Positions 28,089 to 40,837 of a stretch of 41,096 nt of DNA are shown here, piece after piece. The stretch spans positions 1 through 41,096 of the forward strand of contig SNRW01000019.1 of the NCBI GenBank assembly GCA_008636045.1, in the 5' to 3' direction. The DNA comes from Streblomastix strix. Taxonomy: Eukaryota. Within the stretch, counting starts at the first letter, position 1, and each line of letters opens with the position of its first letter. Position numbers and translations under genes: made by a program. The notes beneath the pieces were generated by a model. The model ran no database searches. It saw nothing but the letters and a program-made list of their open reading frames with translations, and was not told the origin of the DNA.

Positions 28089-29494
28089 TCATTTCATTAA
28101 GGTCTTTTTCTATTTTGTTTCTTCTTCCATCTCTAATTTTACTAAACTCATTGCTTTTTGAATAGGTTCAACTAATGAATTCATAGACGCCTCTCTATTA
28201 TTCATTGGAATATGAGTGAATCTTGCAACAACATCAGCTCTTTATTATTAAAAAATTTGTAATTATTCAAGTTGAAGTGGTGATGTTGAAGAATTTATAG
28301 ATTATTATGATTAGGATTATAAAATTAAAGAGTTAATTTTCTATGAAATATTATCATTTTAACTTTCATCATCTTTTTAAATTTGTTTACTATCTTCCAT
28401 AACTTTCAATTCCCATTTGCAAAGTTGTTTAAGAAAGCCGTCATTTGGTCTAATTCAAACAATTAAATAACTAATATTATTATTTAAATTATCAAAAAGA
28501 ATAACCTTATACAATGTCTTTGGGTCTAAATTACTGTAAGAGCATTGATGGCACTTAATTTGTATTTCCAAATCAAATAAGCAGCGACAATCGTTGCTGA
28601 ACGACTTATACCTGATGTGAATATAAATATTGATAAGAAAATGTTTATTAATATTGATGCAAACCCATCTAGCAATGTACAAATACTCGCTTTCCTTCAC
28701 TGTAAAATTTATATAAAATTATTATTAAAAAATCTAAAACAAAATAAATATGTATAATTGTGTTAAACTTCAATGCTTTGTCTATCAATTCAACTCCTTT
28801 ATCAAGAGGTGCTTATTGAGTTGCTATATCGTGCATCTAAAGTTAAATAAATTATCTGTCTTAACTACAACATTATAAAATAGAAAGTAAAAGTTGATTT
28901 GTAAATATGAATAATAATAAAAATTAATACAAACCCACTTCGCAATCCATAATTTGTTTCAACCGAGCAATTTATCACCAAATCAATCTTCATCTCATCA
29001 AGTAATTGAAAAATGTAAGTTCCTTTCCATCCACCAAGAAACAATGAAGGAATAATCTCATTTGGAACATTCAATAAAATCTGCTTAAAATTTGATCGTA
29101 ATACTTTATCGCATGTAACATATGAATAATGAATGCGAAATTCAGAATAATTATCTTCTAAAATATAAAGTCTTCCTTATTCTGAGATTGGATAGAATAT
29201 CTATTCAATTTCAAATGGAAATTTACCTAATATCTCTTTAACCCCCACAATTAATAACTGTTTAAAAATATCTTTGACTGAAGATTTCAACTCTTAGTTT
29301 TAAAATACTATATCGCAAAGTTTCTATGAGCTTTGTGGTTGAAATGTTTGCAATATATCTATAATGTCAATTTCGCAAGAGCTGATAACGTGTGATTCAT
29401 CAAATTCTTTCTTTGTTCGAATGTCAATGATTTTTACTATGAAGGGACTTTAACAAATCATATTTGCAAAGTCACGACAATGTAGACGTATCAT
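28089..29494 (-). CDS. Dual-specificity phosphatase with N-terminal rhodanese-like domain (MKP architecture), 4 introns
   Basis: IIDIRTKKEFDESHV (rhodanese-like), PNEIIPSLFLG, general acid MHD, P-loop VHCQMGISRSATIVAAYL (split by an intron) and IRPNDGFLKQL. The TGA is at 28091-28089. Confidence 0.92.
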
Positions 29495-29769
29495 ATGAGC
29501 TTTACTAATAAAATAGTAAATAAGATATATAATTATAGGGCTGAAATTGTATTTATAAATAAATAAAAATATAAATATTTTCCATAGATTATATTGTTCA
29601 TATTTTAACAATAAATATTTGTAAATAACACAGTGATTTGTTGAATGATAAAAATAGAAAAAAAATAAGTTTGTAATTTTGAGTCGGAATGGATAAATTT
29701 TTGATTTATTATTAAAAAATGCAGCACTTAAATATAACAGCGTGATATCACCTTTGTTGTAATAATATA

Positions 29770-30015
29770 AGCAGTATATGTAGGGGATTTGTGCCCCAAC
29801 TTCAAAAGACACGATTATTTTTTTAAAATTTCCACTCCAACAGTTTATAAGCTTGTGGCTTACAATGTATAAAATTTTCTCACTCAAGGCTAATGCCTTT
29901 CGTTCGAAGATTATTATTTTATTGTTCGCCTCTCACTTATAAACTGAATTTCGTGTATTTTTAAAAAATGTTCGGCATTTGTAGTTGATTGCATAAATCC
30001 CCTATATATACTACT
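29770..30015. mobile_element. 246-bp MITE-like/foldback element with 25-bp TIRs, termini AG(C/T)AGT...ACTACT
   Basis: Left agcagtatatgtaggggatttgtgc (29770-29794) versus the reverse complement of the right end, agtagtatatataggggatttatgc (29991-30015): 3 mismatches, all transitions. Nested inverted repeats lie inside. Confidence 0.65.
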
Positions 30016-30861
30016 TATATGCAATGTTAGAGACTCATACTCAAAGTTGGAGACCAATAATAAAGTAACAAATGTAGTTACCCGCAGCTATTATATAATA
30101 AAAATAAATAAAAAATAAATTAATGATAAAACAGTGTGCTTTTAAAATAATGAAAAAATAATTTAGAAAACAAAACATATCAAAATTTGTCAAAAAAACA
30201 AAAATATTCCTTAATTTTCTTACAAATTTTTGCATATTAGTTATTTTCCTATCAGAGAAAAACAACCACGCATGGGGTTCAAACCGACACCTTCTATATA
30301 ATGTTATACAAGCAATAGCCTGTTTCGGAAGAGGGCATTGGGGTCATTAGTTTAATTTGGTTGTAAATATATTTATTTACAAATTTCTTTAAATAAAAGA
30401 TTAATGAAAATCTCTTATTATATAATAGAAAATTTTTGTAAGAAAAACTTCTAAGCACTGGCCCAAGCAATTAATAACTAATCGTTAGAAGATATTATTG
30501 AGTATATTAGCACTATTTACAAAATTGTATGAAAAATCAACAAAAAAACCAATCAGAATTAAGCTCGCTCTGAAACTTAATATATAATATATTTATCCAT
30601 ATCAATTTACTTATATCATTTATTTTCAAAATTTTTCAAACATTGGATAAACACTAAAAATAGGCACTCCAGAATTAATCATTTTTCATTTATTTTTTAT
30701 CACTATTGGTAAATCTTCATTCTTAATAATTACTTCATATCGTTATCAAATCTCAACAAATAAATCATGCTCCACTAACTCTGAGGGTTTATTATGTTGA
30801 TTTATCCTTACAATTTGAAAATGGAGCGAATATTCTCAATAATATCTTCTGCTAATTTTAA

Positions 30862-31458
30862 TCACTAATGATAATAATAATCTCAATATAACTAGTATTC
30901 ATTAACTTATCTTTCACTAACTTGTTGTAATTATATCGGCTTTTCTTTTTCTATTGGTTCTTCTTTAATTACTATCTCTTTAACTTATTTTAATGACTTG
31001 ATCTTATTTTTGAATTTAATTATTTGCTTTTACGCTTAGAAATGTTATTCCTTAATGAATTTATTTTCCATTCGCAATCGAATTAATTCTTCAAGATCAA
31101 TCTACGGATTATTATATTTAATTATTGGCGCTTTCAAAACAAGCTTTATCTTCTTTTTAATTAAGGGTGCTTTATTCTTTGAATTTAGAATCTAAAATTA
31201 CATTTCTTCTTCAAATTCTTAACTTTCTTCGTCATCAGTAATATCTTTGTTGCTATACATTATTTGCTCTTAAGGCTTAAGTAATGGTTAGATAACAAGT
31301 ATCTTATTTTATTACGCTTATATTAATACTTTAGGACCCTTTTAACCATCTTTATATATCTTAATCTATTTATCTATTTACATCAAATATCCATTATCGA
31401 AACTTTCGTATGAAGTACCATTTTCTTTTAATTTTTATAGTGTTTATGATTTGTCCAT
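30862..31458 (-). pseudogene. Frameshifted intronless coiled-coil-like ORF, probably viral
   Basis: MDKSQTLQKLKENGTSYESFDNGYLM... then a frameshift, then ..IDLEELIRLRMENKFIKEQ.., with TGAs at the 3' end. Confidence 0.45.
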
Positions 31459-31490
31459 TTATCAATAAGTAAATTTTTTAATCATTCAAA

Positions 31491-32195
31491 ATGATAATGA
31501 GCATCGAGAAGAATTAATTACGTATAAATAATTCAAAAATAATGATAGAGGAAATGAGAATTAAATCAATTAAAGATATCACTGACGAAGATAAGCTTAG
31601 ACTATTGACTTTTGATGAAGCTTTTAAACGATTAGAAACTTTACCAATCAAAGATAAAAATATAAAATAACCCAACAACAGTGAAATTATTCGTACTAAA
31701 CGATCATACAACAAAAATAAGTTTCGTGAAGTTGAACGAGAGACAGCTCAAGTTGAACCATAAGATGTAGTAAAAAATTCGTTCTGAACTGATCTCAACT
31801 TAGAGGTGCTTAAATTTGTATTGGATAAAATATGGGCTAATGTTATATCAAGAAAACTTGATGATGATTTTATATTGAGTAGTGATAACTTCATTAAATT
31901 CTGGGTATTGATTAAATAAAAAAACGAAGAAGATATTGATCAAGTTTTAACAGAACCATTAATTTAATCTCATTTATATTTGAAAATATTATATAAAAAG
32001 AAATATCATATCAGAGTAATGGATATATTCATTAAGAATGTAAGCATTAGTGTCTTGGGTAATGTCTTATGGAAAAGATCTGAGCGTTTATATAGAATAA
32101 ATAAAGACTTCATTCGATTGAGTGATAAATAACAATCAGAGATCGATCTTAATGAGTTTTGGTTTTATTTATTTTTTTCCTGGGAACAAAAATGA
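31491..32195 (+). pseudogene. 234-codon intronless ORF with one internal TGA (31785-31787), probably viral
   Basis: MIMSIEKNQLRINNSK...KNSF*TDLNLEVLKFVLDKIWANV...; the frame continues to TGA at 32193-32195. Confidence 0.55.
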
Positions 32196-32632
32196 TTCAA
32201 TCAGAAATCATCAAAGGTAATTTACTTGTTCATTCTCAAAATATATCAAAGGAAATATACGATCAATTTATATATTAATATGGAGATGATTTTTATTAAC
32301 GAACAATAAGTAAATATAATAAGCCTTACTATAAATTATTGAAACGATACGGAAATAATCTTAATGATCCATAACTAGTTTAAATAATGATTGAGAAGAA
32401 AAATATTGGACATTTTAATTAATTAATTTAACAATATTCTAAACGGATGAAAGATATTTAATATAACACATAACATTATCCTGTACCTAACTTTACTGAA
32501 GAAAAGTTAATAAAATATAGTTAACTAAAACAATCAGTTGAATATATATAATTTCAAACGAAATTTAATTAATATGGGTAATGTGGAATTAAGTATGAAG
32601 TTAATTTTATAGATTTCTATGATAATTAATGA
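32192..32632 (+). CDS. 146-aa hypothetical intronless protein within the viral remnant
   Basis: Open code-6 ORF MIQSEIIKGNLLVHSQ...CGIKYEVNFIDFYDNQ-TGA. Confidence 0.55.
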
Positions 32633-32931
32633 GTTTTGAAACGTTTATTTTTAAAAAATTGAAAACATTACTCTATTAGCTTAGAGAAGAACAATTAGTT
32701 AAAATAAAAAAATAATTATAAGATTTATAATAGAAGTAAGAAGAAATAAAGCAATTAAAGAAACTATAAAAATAACTAACTTCTTTCGTTCATGCAGAGA
32801 CTATTAAACTATTCACATATTTGAGTTAGTACAATAAGAAATCAAATTTATTAGAAGTTCACTTAACTAATTTTGTAATATTAAGTACTGAATAAATTAT
32901 TGCAGAAACTAAAACATTTTTATAACCTATC

Positions 32932-33444
32932 ATAGCTAATAAAATCATTAAATAAAGTGGAACAAAGAATAAATATTATTAACTTATGGAGCTAATATTG
33001 ATAAAGATTAATTAGATTATAAACTTATTGAACCAAGTAATTAGGGACAAATAGCTTATGGAATATATGAAATTCGTTAATGGAGTACTTTAACAGCATA
33101 AAATAATCGAGTAAATATCTATATAAATTGTTCATTCAGATCCAAATACGGATTGGTAATCAGCATATACATTATTCTCCATCATTGATGATGGTATAAA
33201 GCCGCAATTTAACGGAACTTCAAGAAAAATTACATTAAATGCAGTTATATATGCGGTAAAAGGTATTTGTGACCTAATATTATGGAATGGTACGATTACT
33301 ATGGATTGTTATGTTAACCCAAATTGTAATATTATAATAAATACTATGCATTAGATTAGTTTTCCGGGTTATTTTGCAGTTCAAATATGTGAATCATATG
33401 CCATTCATAAAAATTTAAGTAATTAAATTAAAAATAACTAATGA
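32932..33444 (+). pseudogene. Decayed beta-rich fibre/spike-like gene fragment
   Basis: IANKIIKQSGT..QILLTYG resembles the GGT..QxLxADG repeat of tail-fibre-like proteins. It is followed by HSDPNTDW..ILWNGTITMDCYVNPN..FAVQICESYAIH, with frameshifts. Confidence 0.45.
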
Positions 33445-33624
33445 ATCAGTTATTACACTTATTTTATCAATAATGTTTCAGGAGTAAATTGAATTTCTTA
33501 CTTCATTAATAAATTCTTCACTATCTATTTTTATTTAATATATTGTTATCATACAATCTAATAGATGATTACATGCGAAAATCATTAATAATATATTACC
33601 AATTATTTCCCAAATCATTTACAT

Positions 33625-34030
33625 AAAAGTAAAATTAAGTCTAATTTTTTCATATTATCTCAAATCTTTTTTAATGCATATTAATTACAATAAACTTATA
33701 CTTATTCAATATTTTATATAATATCATTAACTCTTATTCTGATAGTGTGTTTGTATGATTCTCTTCATAAACTTATTTTATATCATTGTTAGATATACCT
33801 ACACCTATAGCTATCATATGTCATAATATTCTAGCAGTTTTAAACAAATAACTAGGACGTTTAGTAACAAAGAATAATGTATTTTTATAATGTCCGCTCT
33901 CACTAACGAGATGAGTTATTGTTCGGGATAATTCAGAATTATATCTTTATATATCAGTGTTAGAACCTATGTCATCAAATATTATTAGTGTAAATAATAA
34001 CCCAGCAATTTAAAGCTTAGGTAACTTAAA
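33625..34030 (-). pseudogene. A32/FtsK-HerA-type virion DNA packaging ATPase, C-terminal half, decayed
   Basis: FTLIIFDDIG (Walker B, 33971-33988), then LVSESGHYK-ITLFFVTKRPSYLFKTARIL*H, which follows the A32 pattern RHxxhshhhhxQ...hxxxxR. There is one frameshift and one TGA, and no Walker A was seen. Confidence 0.75.
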
Positions 34031-35601
34031 TGTTAATTATTTATTCTAAATCTAAATAAATATTTTCCATATTTATTTTAAATCAGGTTCTATCAGATGC
34101 TATTAATCCAATATTAGAGAAACATGGAAAGATTCCACATCAATCTGGTAAATAGTAATAAGCACCTTCCCCATCTTCAACCGTAAGTAAATTACAAAAG
34201 AAAGGAAATAAGAAAGAAGTAAATAAAAAGAAAGGAAAGAAGGATGAATCTGATTCAAGCGATAATAGTAAGTTATGATGAAGAGTATTGGAAAAAGAGT
34301 TTATTAATCTGAATTTAATGAAATTAAGACTAAATCATACACTTAATATAATCAACACATTTATTAAATCAAACACAAAAATCAAACTTACTCAAACTTC
34401 AATCATTTTTTTACCATTTATAATGATACTGAATCTGCTATTTTATTTTTAATACTTGTTTCAATTTATATAATGAAATCAATTTACATCCTTTTTCTAT
34501 CCTATTCAACTTGGAATCTTTTTATTCTTATATATTTATCATACTTTTTTTTCCTCCAAAGGATTATTTTTCTTGTATATTCATTAAATACTTCGGATTA
34601 GCATTATGGAATTTGATATTTTCATTTTAAGTATCTTCTAGGTTGTTAACGTTTATTGCAAAATCTGAAAAATTGATTAAAATGAATGATAAATATAAAT
34701 GTTTGCTTTAGTTAAATAGTTTCTATTAAGATATAAGCAAATAAATTAAAATTAATAATATTTATATGAAGTTAAAATAAGCATTGTAGTAAAAAAATCA
34801 TTAAAAATAGTTATCTATCTTTATAATGAGGATCAATTTAACGAAAAAAAATTTTGAAATATGAGTCTGGCTTTGATCATATCCACATTTCGTGAACTAT
34901 TATTTTTGTCAATAAAAACTGAATTGTTGAAACAATTTAAGAAACTTTTATTGGGACATTAAGAATTTTCTTGTGCCAATTCTTAGAAACATTGACTTAA
35001 AATAATAGTAAAATTTTAATGTTAAATTTTTTAATCTAATTAAAATAATATTTAAATTAAAAATCAAAAAATTTAACTTATAATAGTACTATTGATAACT
35101 AAATAAATAAAATAATTCAATTCTTAAATTATTTGAATGAAATCTCAAACTTTTTAGTATTTTTTTAGAAATGGCTTTAGATGTATCGATAACTAGAAAT
35201 ATGGTTTATATATTAATAAAGTATGCATATTGAGTTATGATATACTAAAATAGTTTCAAAAAATCTTGGGCCATTTTTGTATTAAAAATGTATCGTTTCA
35301 TATTGTTGCCACTTAAAAAAACTAAAATTTTTGTTGAATTTTAAAACATGTTAAAATATCAATGTAATGATACAATAGGACAATTAAATGCAATTTTCGA
35401 AATCAATTCAATTACGAATATAATTTTATTAAAATAATCATAAATAAATTTTTCTTATTGTTTATTTAAATTTAATCAATTATTATTTTTTGTTTATTGC
35501 ACTCCTGCTAATAAATTACTTACAATTTTTATTCGTATATATCCCTCATAATTTTAATTGAAATAACTATTTCTTTAATATAGGAAGGAAATTGAAATTA
35601 T

Positions 35602-36180
35602 ATGAGCATTTTTTACTAGAAATAGAATAACTGACGATACAAATATTAAGCATGAAACTTAAAAATCGCTGAGGAAAGAGCCAGGAAGCTTGGGATACCA
35701 CATACCCCTGAACTTATGTACCTTCTGATTTATATTTGCATTGCTCTACTCCGAGAGTTTCTGATGCTGTTTGGACACAAGGCCAGCCAGGAGATTATGA
35801 TACTTACTATCGAACCATTATAAGAATCCAGATGGATTTAACGATCTAATATCATCAGCCAGTGTTTCCACTTGGATATCGACCAACAGACTACAACTCT
35901 ACACATGTGCTATCGTTTAAAACCTTCAAATGAAGAAGATTATCCAGATCGTGTTCATGCTACACATGATCCAATAAACACAGGGCCACTAGGAGCAAAA
36001 AATTCAACATATGCAAACCTTTATAAGAATCCAGATGGATCCAACGATCCAATATTGCATTACAGGCCAAAAAGGTGTATAGAACCTGTTGGACCAAATG
36101 TACCTTGGATTTCGCATACTCAATATATCCATGATAGGAAGAAGTGCTATTTATATGATTGTGCTGAACACCGTGTATGA
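35602..36180 (+). pseudogene. Disrupted gene with SAXO/Mn-motif-like repeats (possible microtubule inner protein)
   Basis: Repeated units WDTTYP*TYVP, DYDTYYRT, DYNSTHVLSFK, NSTYANLYKNP and WISHTQYIH. There is an internal TGA and a frameshift near 35920, and it ends at TGA 36178-36180. Confidence 0.45.
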
Positions 36181-36679
36181 ATATATAAGACTTTTATCTT
36201 CTCGACATTATATTGAGTATTTAATCGTCTGTTGTTATGCTTCTTATTTTAATATTTCTTACACGTTCCACTTCATTATCATTTACACGTTTCATTTAGG
36301 ATTTTATATGCATATGTTTGATATTTAAGCAATTTATGTAAATACAGCCAAAATAACACTGTGCAATTTGATACGTTGGAAATAATTTCATTTGTGATAA
36401 GAATAATATTATTGTTAATTCAATGTGAATTGATTAATCTATCGTTTGGATCTTATTTCAAATAATTCCAGAAAAAAATTATTAGAATTAATGGTATTAG
36501 GTAAAATAAATTAAGTTGAAATAAAGAATATTAATGAGTATTATATATATACTATTTTATTGACTACTACCCATAATTACCTTGTAAATCATAACATAAA
36601 TAAATTTTAAACTCTGAATAAATAAAACTGTTGCCTCGGTTTATATGTAATATATCAGACTATATCAGCGACATGATTC

Positions 36680-37510
36680 ATTTACTTCATATACTAATTC
36701 CAAATTTCTTCATTGCAGAGCGCAAAGTTATACCTGCAGCGAACACTATCTCATTTTCTTCATGCTTAATAGTATTCTTTACAAAAGTAACCATTATTTC
36801 TGAGTTATACGTCTGCTTTAGCTTGATCAGACAATTTTTCATCGATATCCAACATTAACTAACTAATAGCTTCTATTGTATTTGGCCCAAGATTTTCTGT
36901 ATTTTCATCTGCTGTATTGGATTCTTCGATCTGAAGCTTAATTATTGCATCACTTGTCTTCCATACTTAACCTGCTATCTGGTGATATAATTCAATAATT
37001 GTCAATGATACAGTGATACCACCGTCTGAAACTTGTACTGCAGTATTTCCAGCTTTCCTAACAAGGTCGTCATCTTTTAGAAGTCGTTAATATGCAGTTG
37101 TTCCTTCAATTGCACCTTTGCGGCTATCGTTAAGTTCTTCATTTGAACGTAAAGGTGAATTATAGAGCGCAGTACTAGCAAATATAGTTAAGACATTGAT
37201 TAGAATTGGATATTGACTGAATAACTAATTGCAATACTTTATAATGAGCTCAAATAGTAGTCATAAGCAGCCACTTACATTTTATACCCACTATGTGCTC
37301 AATTGTAGGTATGATTATTCTTTTTGTACCGTTCATTATAGTAATAATTTTGCGAGAACAATCTATGATATTTACATTGTTGCATCTAGGATCTTTGACC
37401 ATATGCAGCTGTTTATTCAATACAATCTTTTTCTTTCAGATCAACAACAATTTTTGCAAAGTTATTGACTACCTTGAATGCTGACTCTCTCAGAATAGTT
37501 CCAGTCGTTT
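36680..37510 (-). pseudogene. Frameshifted helical-repeat (HEAT-like) gene remnant
   Basis: Higher-GC coding-like stretch: ..ILRESAFKVVNNFAKIVV.. / ..LGPNTIEAISQLMLDIDEKL.. / ..IMVTFVKNTIKHEENEIVFAAGITLRSAMKKFG. It has at least two frameshifts and a TGA. Confidence 0.4.
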
Positions 37511-38149
37511 ACAATATATTAATTCTAAATAATTTTTAAGCAAAAATAAATTTATTATTGAAGGAAAAATTAAGTTTTAAAATTGTTTTGACTATTTCAA
37601 AGCGGAAAATCAGAATTTAATAGATTGTATATTATAATTTATTTAATGTAATAATAATAGATGAAATAAAAAACTTAAAATGTTGATTTTAAAACTTTGT
37701 GGAATATATATTTTAATTTTTTATTCTAATCTTTGGAACGAAATTTTACCTGTAATTATTGATATCTATTCAATATAACTCAAAATTTTATATTAGCATA
37801 TTTCATTTATCTATATTTTAATATAAAAACTTACAATAAATACTTAACTAATTTAGAAATCTTATTAAACAATAAATTCTGAATATCATCATAATTAGCT
37901 TTTTAAAATGAATTTTATTAAGATTAATTTCCTTTTTTTTGCGTAGTTAATAATATAAAACTTATTTATTCATGTAAACATCCATTTAACATTGATATAA
38001 TATTTTTATTTTATTTTATTCATTAAAATGTATTTTTCTATTTTATTTCCATAATTTCGTTTATAATTTTATACTAACTGAAATAATTTTGTCTATTTAA
38101 TAAATTTTATAATAGTATAAACTCAAATTCAAAATTTTCACTTCCATAT

Positions 38150-40810
38150 TTTACAATATTTATTAAAAATTTATTAAATAATAAATAATATTGAAATAAG
38201 AATCAATTTTATCCTTTTCAAACTCTTGGAAGTAATGAATTCATATTATTGGCTCCCATAATATTATAGTTTTTATCTTAAATTGACTTAATTTTCACTT
38301 CAGATATCTTGTTTTTTAACTTTGAATAATTTTTATTCTGGTTTATTTTCTATATCTAAATATTTATTTGCATCATTCATATAATAATAATAATTTACTT
38401 TTAATTAATTATTTATGTTTTTAAAACTTAGATATTGTAATTGGTTATCAACTTGATAAGTTGGGAAGCTTCGTACACCTTTAGTTCTTTCATATATAAC
38501 AAATTTAATGTTTGCATTTGTTCCAAAACTTCTCCAATCTTATACAAGTTATTCTAATTATTCAATATTTAATATTTTATTCTTTACCGATCTTATTTTA
38601 TTTTTTGCTATTCCAAATTCTCTATCACATATAGATTTAGAATGGCCTGGTACATAAAATGATTGGGTAATGTTATATTTAGGATGAAGTGGGGAAAAAG
38701 GGGAAAGTAATAGATACTTGAATGAGGCGCTTCTAAAAGGAGTGCCGTTGTCTGACGAGACATGAATTGTATTAAATGATATATTATTATTTATAATCAA
38801 ATCTTTAAAGCAGTCATGTACATAAGTTTAATCTTTTTTCTAACAAAGAGATATTAAATAATAAACTTAATTAATTATTTGATTTTCTTATTTATATTAT
38901 AATACAAATGCCGGAATTGACACTTGACTATATTTGAAGTAGTCTTTATATTTTTTTCTTGCCCTAACAGGAAGTCGCAGACTCTCTGCGAAGTCTGTTA
39001 CAATTACGCATTCGGTATTTTATAAATTATTTAATAATTAATTATTTCTTTAATTTTATATAACTACATCTAACTGGTGCTATTACGCACATACTAACTT
39101 TATTTCTTCTTATTCAGTCTTGATATCATAATCTTATTACATTAATTCACGTAAATCTTCGCATAGATTACATATATCAATTTAACTTTTAGCAGGAATT
39201 ATTCTGAATTAAATGAATTTTTTTTATTATGAATATCCAATTTTGATGTTCTAATTTTCTTCTTAAAATGAATTAAACAATTATTTTATTGTAAATTATG
39301 TAGTTAATATATTAAATTATTCATATTTATCAGTATTCCTTTTATTTTTTCTTATAATTTGTAATATTAGCTATTATTATTAAAAAAATTTAATTTTCAT
39401 TAACAGTTATTTTTTTGAATTATGAAATATTTGTTTCATTATCATCATTTTAATCATCATTTTTTTTTCATTTAACAATTATTTAGAACGATTTAAATTT
39501 CATCTTCATAATTATTTTCATTCGCAGATCCAAAATCTATATCATATTCAGAAGATGAATCACTTTCACTTTCGATTTAATAATCTTAATCACTTTACTG
39601 CTCAACTTAACTATCATTTTCATTACTACTTTCATCTTTACTCTCATATAATGATAATTTTTAATTATAATTTAAATTTTTTCTTTTAATATATTCATTT
39701 TATTTGTTTGTTATCTACTTTCTGAAGTAATATTTCCGATGTAACCATGCTACATCATCTGTTTCATCTACTGATTCATCATCATCATCTAGAATTTCTA
39801 TAACTGTTTTTATTGTAGAAACATAATTATTAATTTGCTTTTCAGGAGTTTTTATCATTTACTGGGGAGTGACAATATTACTGCTATCATTAGAAATAAG
39901 TGATTTTGGTTCATAATAATTTAGAGTAATTGGGTAAGAACTTGTATTTTATTAAGAATTTTCAGAATAATTAATGGTTATTGTTGGTGTAATTACTGCG
40001 CTATTACGTGTTTCATCAATATTTTTTATATTTTTATATTTTATATTTTCTATTTATTTGATTGCTATTTTAAATGTTTGTTTTTATTAATTTTTAAAGT
40101 TTATTCGAGATGTACATTTGTATCTTAATTTTCTATTAAATCATTTCCTCTTTATTTTTGCTCAACATTTGAATCGTACATATTATTTGTTACTTCTTTT
40201 GTAATTTAATTTTCAGTAAAATTTTCTTCAAAACTTAATTAATTTTGTTACACTATATATTTATTTTTTCTTATCCATCTATGAATTCCTGAAATTTAAC
40301 TTTTTATCTTTGCATGATTCATTATTATATTATAATTTTCTATTTTAAATTAATTTTTTTTGTAATTGTAATTAATCTTACTTTATAATTCTCTTTGCAT
40401 CACGAATTGTGTAATGACGAATTGGAAATCCGTGATTTTATAATATTTTTGTTTTTGTTTCAATTAAAGAAATTAATAGAAGAAATTATTTTATATTTGG
40501 ATTTTCTAATGATTTATATATTTTTGAAGCTTCTTGGAGGAATTATATTTTATTTTTAAATGCACTTTTTTCAATTTCTTTTTTAATGCAAATTCCTTAT
40601 TTCGTATTAAATATTAAATATCTTATTAATTAATCAAAACAATTTCCAGGTAATTTTTTTTAAATTAATATTATTATTTAAATATACTTTTTCTTTGTTG
40701 ATGGTTTTAATTTATTGAAAGAAATTCTTTAATTGTAACATTGTTTTCAAAATGCTATTTAATTAATTCATTGAACAATTGTTTGATCGGTTATGTTACA
40801 GTTTTTCCAT
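38150..40810 (-). mobile_element. Decayed Sola-like DDD DNA transposase
   Basis: IDICNLC...QQH (Zn motif), CVIVTDFAESLRLP, IHVSSDNGTPFRS and FYVPGHSKSICDREFGIAK give three candidate catalytic Asp. There is a frameshift in an A-run near 38835 and further lesions upstream. The 5' boundary is approximate. Confidence 0.75.
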
Positions 40811-40837
40811 TTATTTCAAAAATTAATTAAAATTAAT

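Noticed and set aside
29450..29887. 145-aa minus-strand track ORF
   Set aside because: Only the last 14 codons (MIRLHCRDFANMIC) belong to the phosphatase; the rest is AT-rich upstream DNA and element B.
29770..30015. Firm call as RNase P/MRP, SRP or U3 RNA
   Set aside because: Only short words match; I could not build P4, SRP helix 8 or C/D boxes. It is kept only as a hypothesis to test.
30261..30365. Functional tRNA, 5S rRNA or hammerhead ribozyme
   Set aside because: There is no acceptor/D/anticodon cloverleaf and poor 5S similarity, and the minus-strand CTAATGA..GAAA lacks a stem II.
35259..36896. ~14-bp inverted match aaaatcttgggcca (~35260) versus ~36883-36896
   Set aside because: It is short, one copy is inside a coding remnant, and there is no TSD, so it is likely chance.
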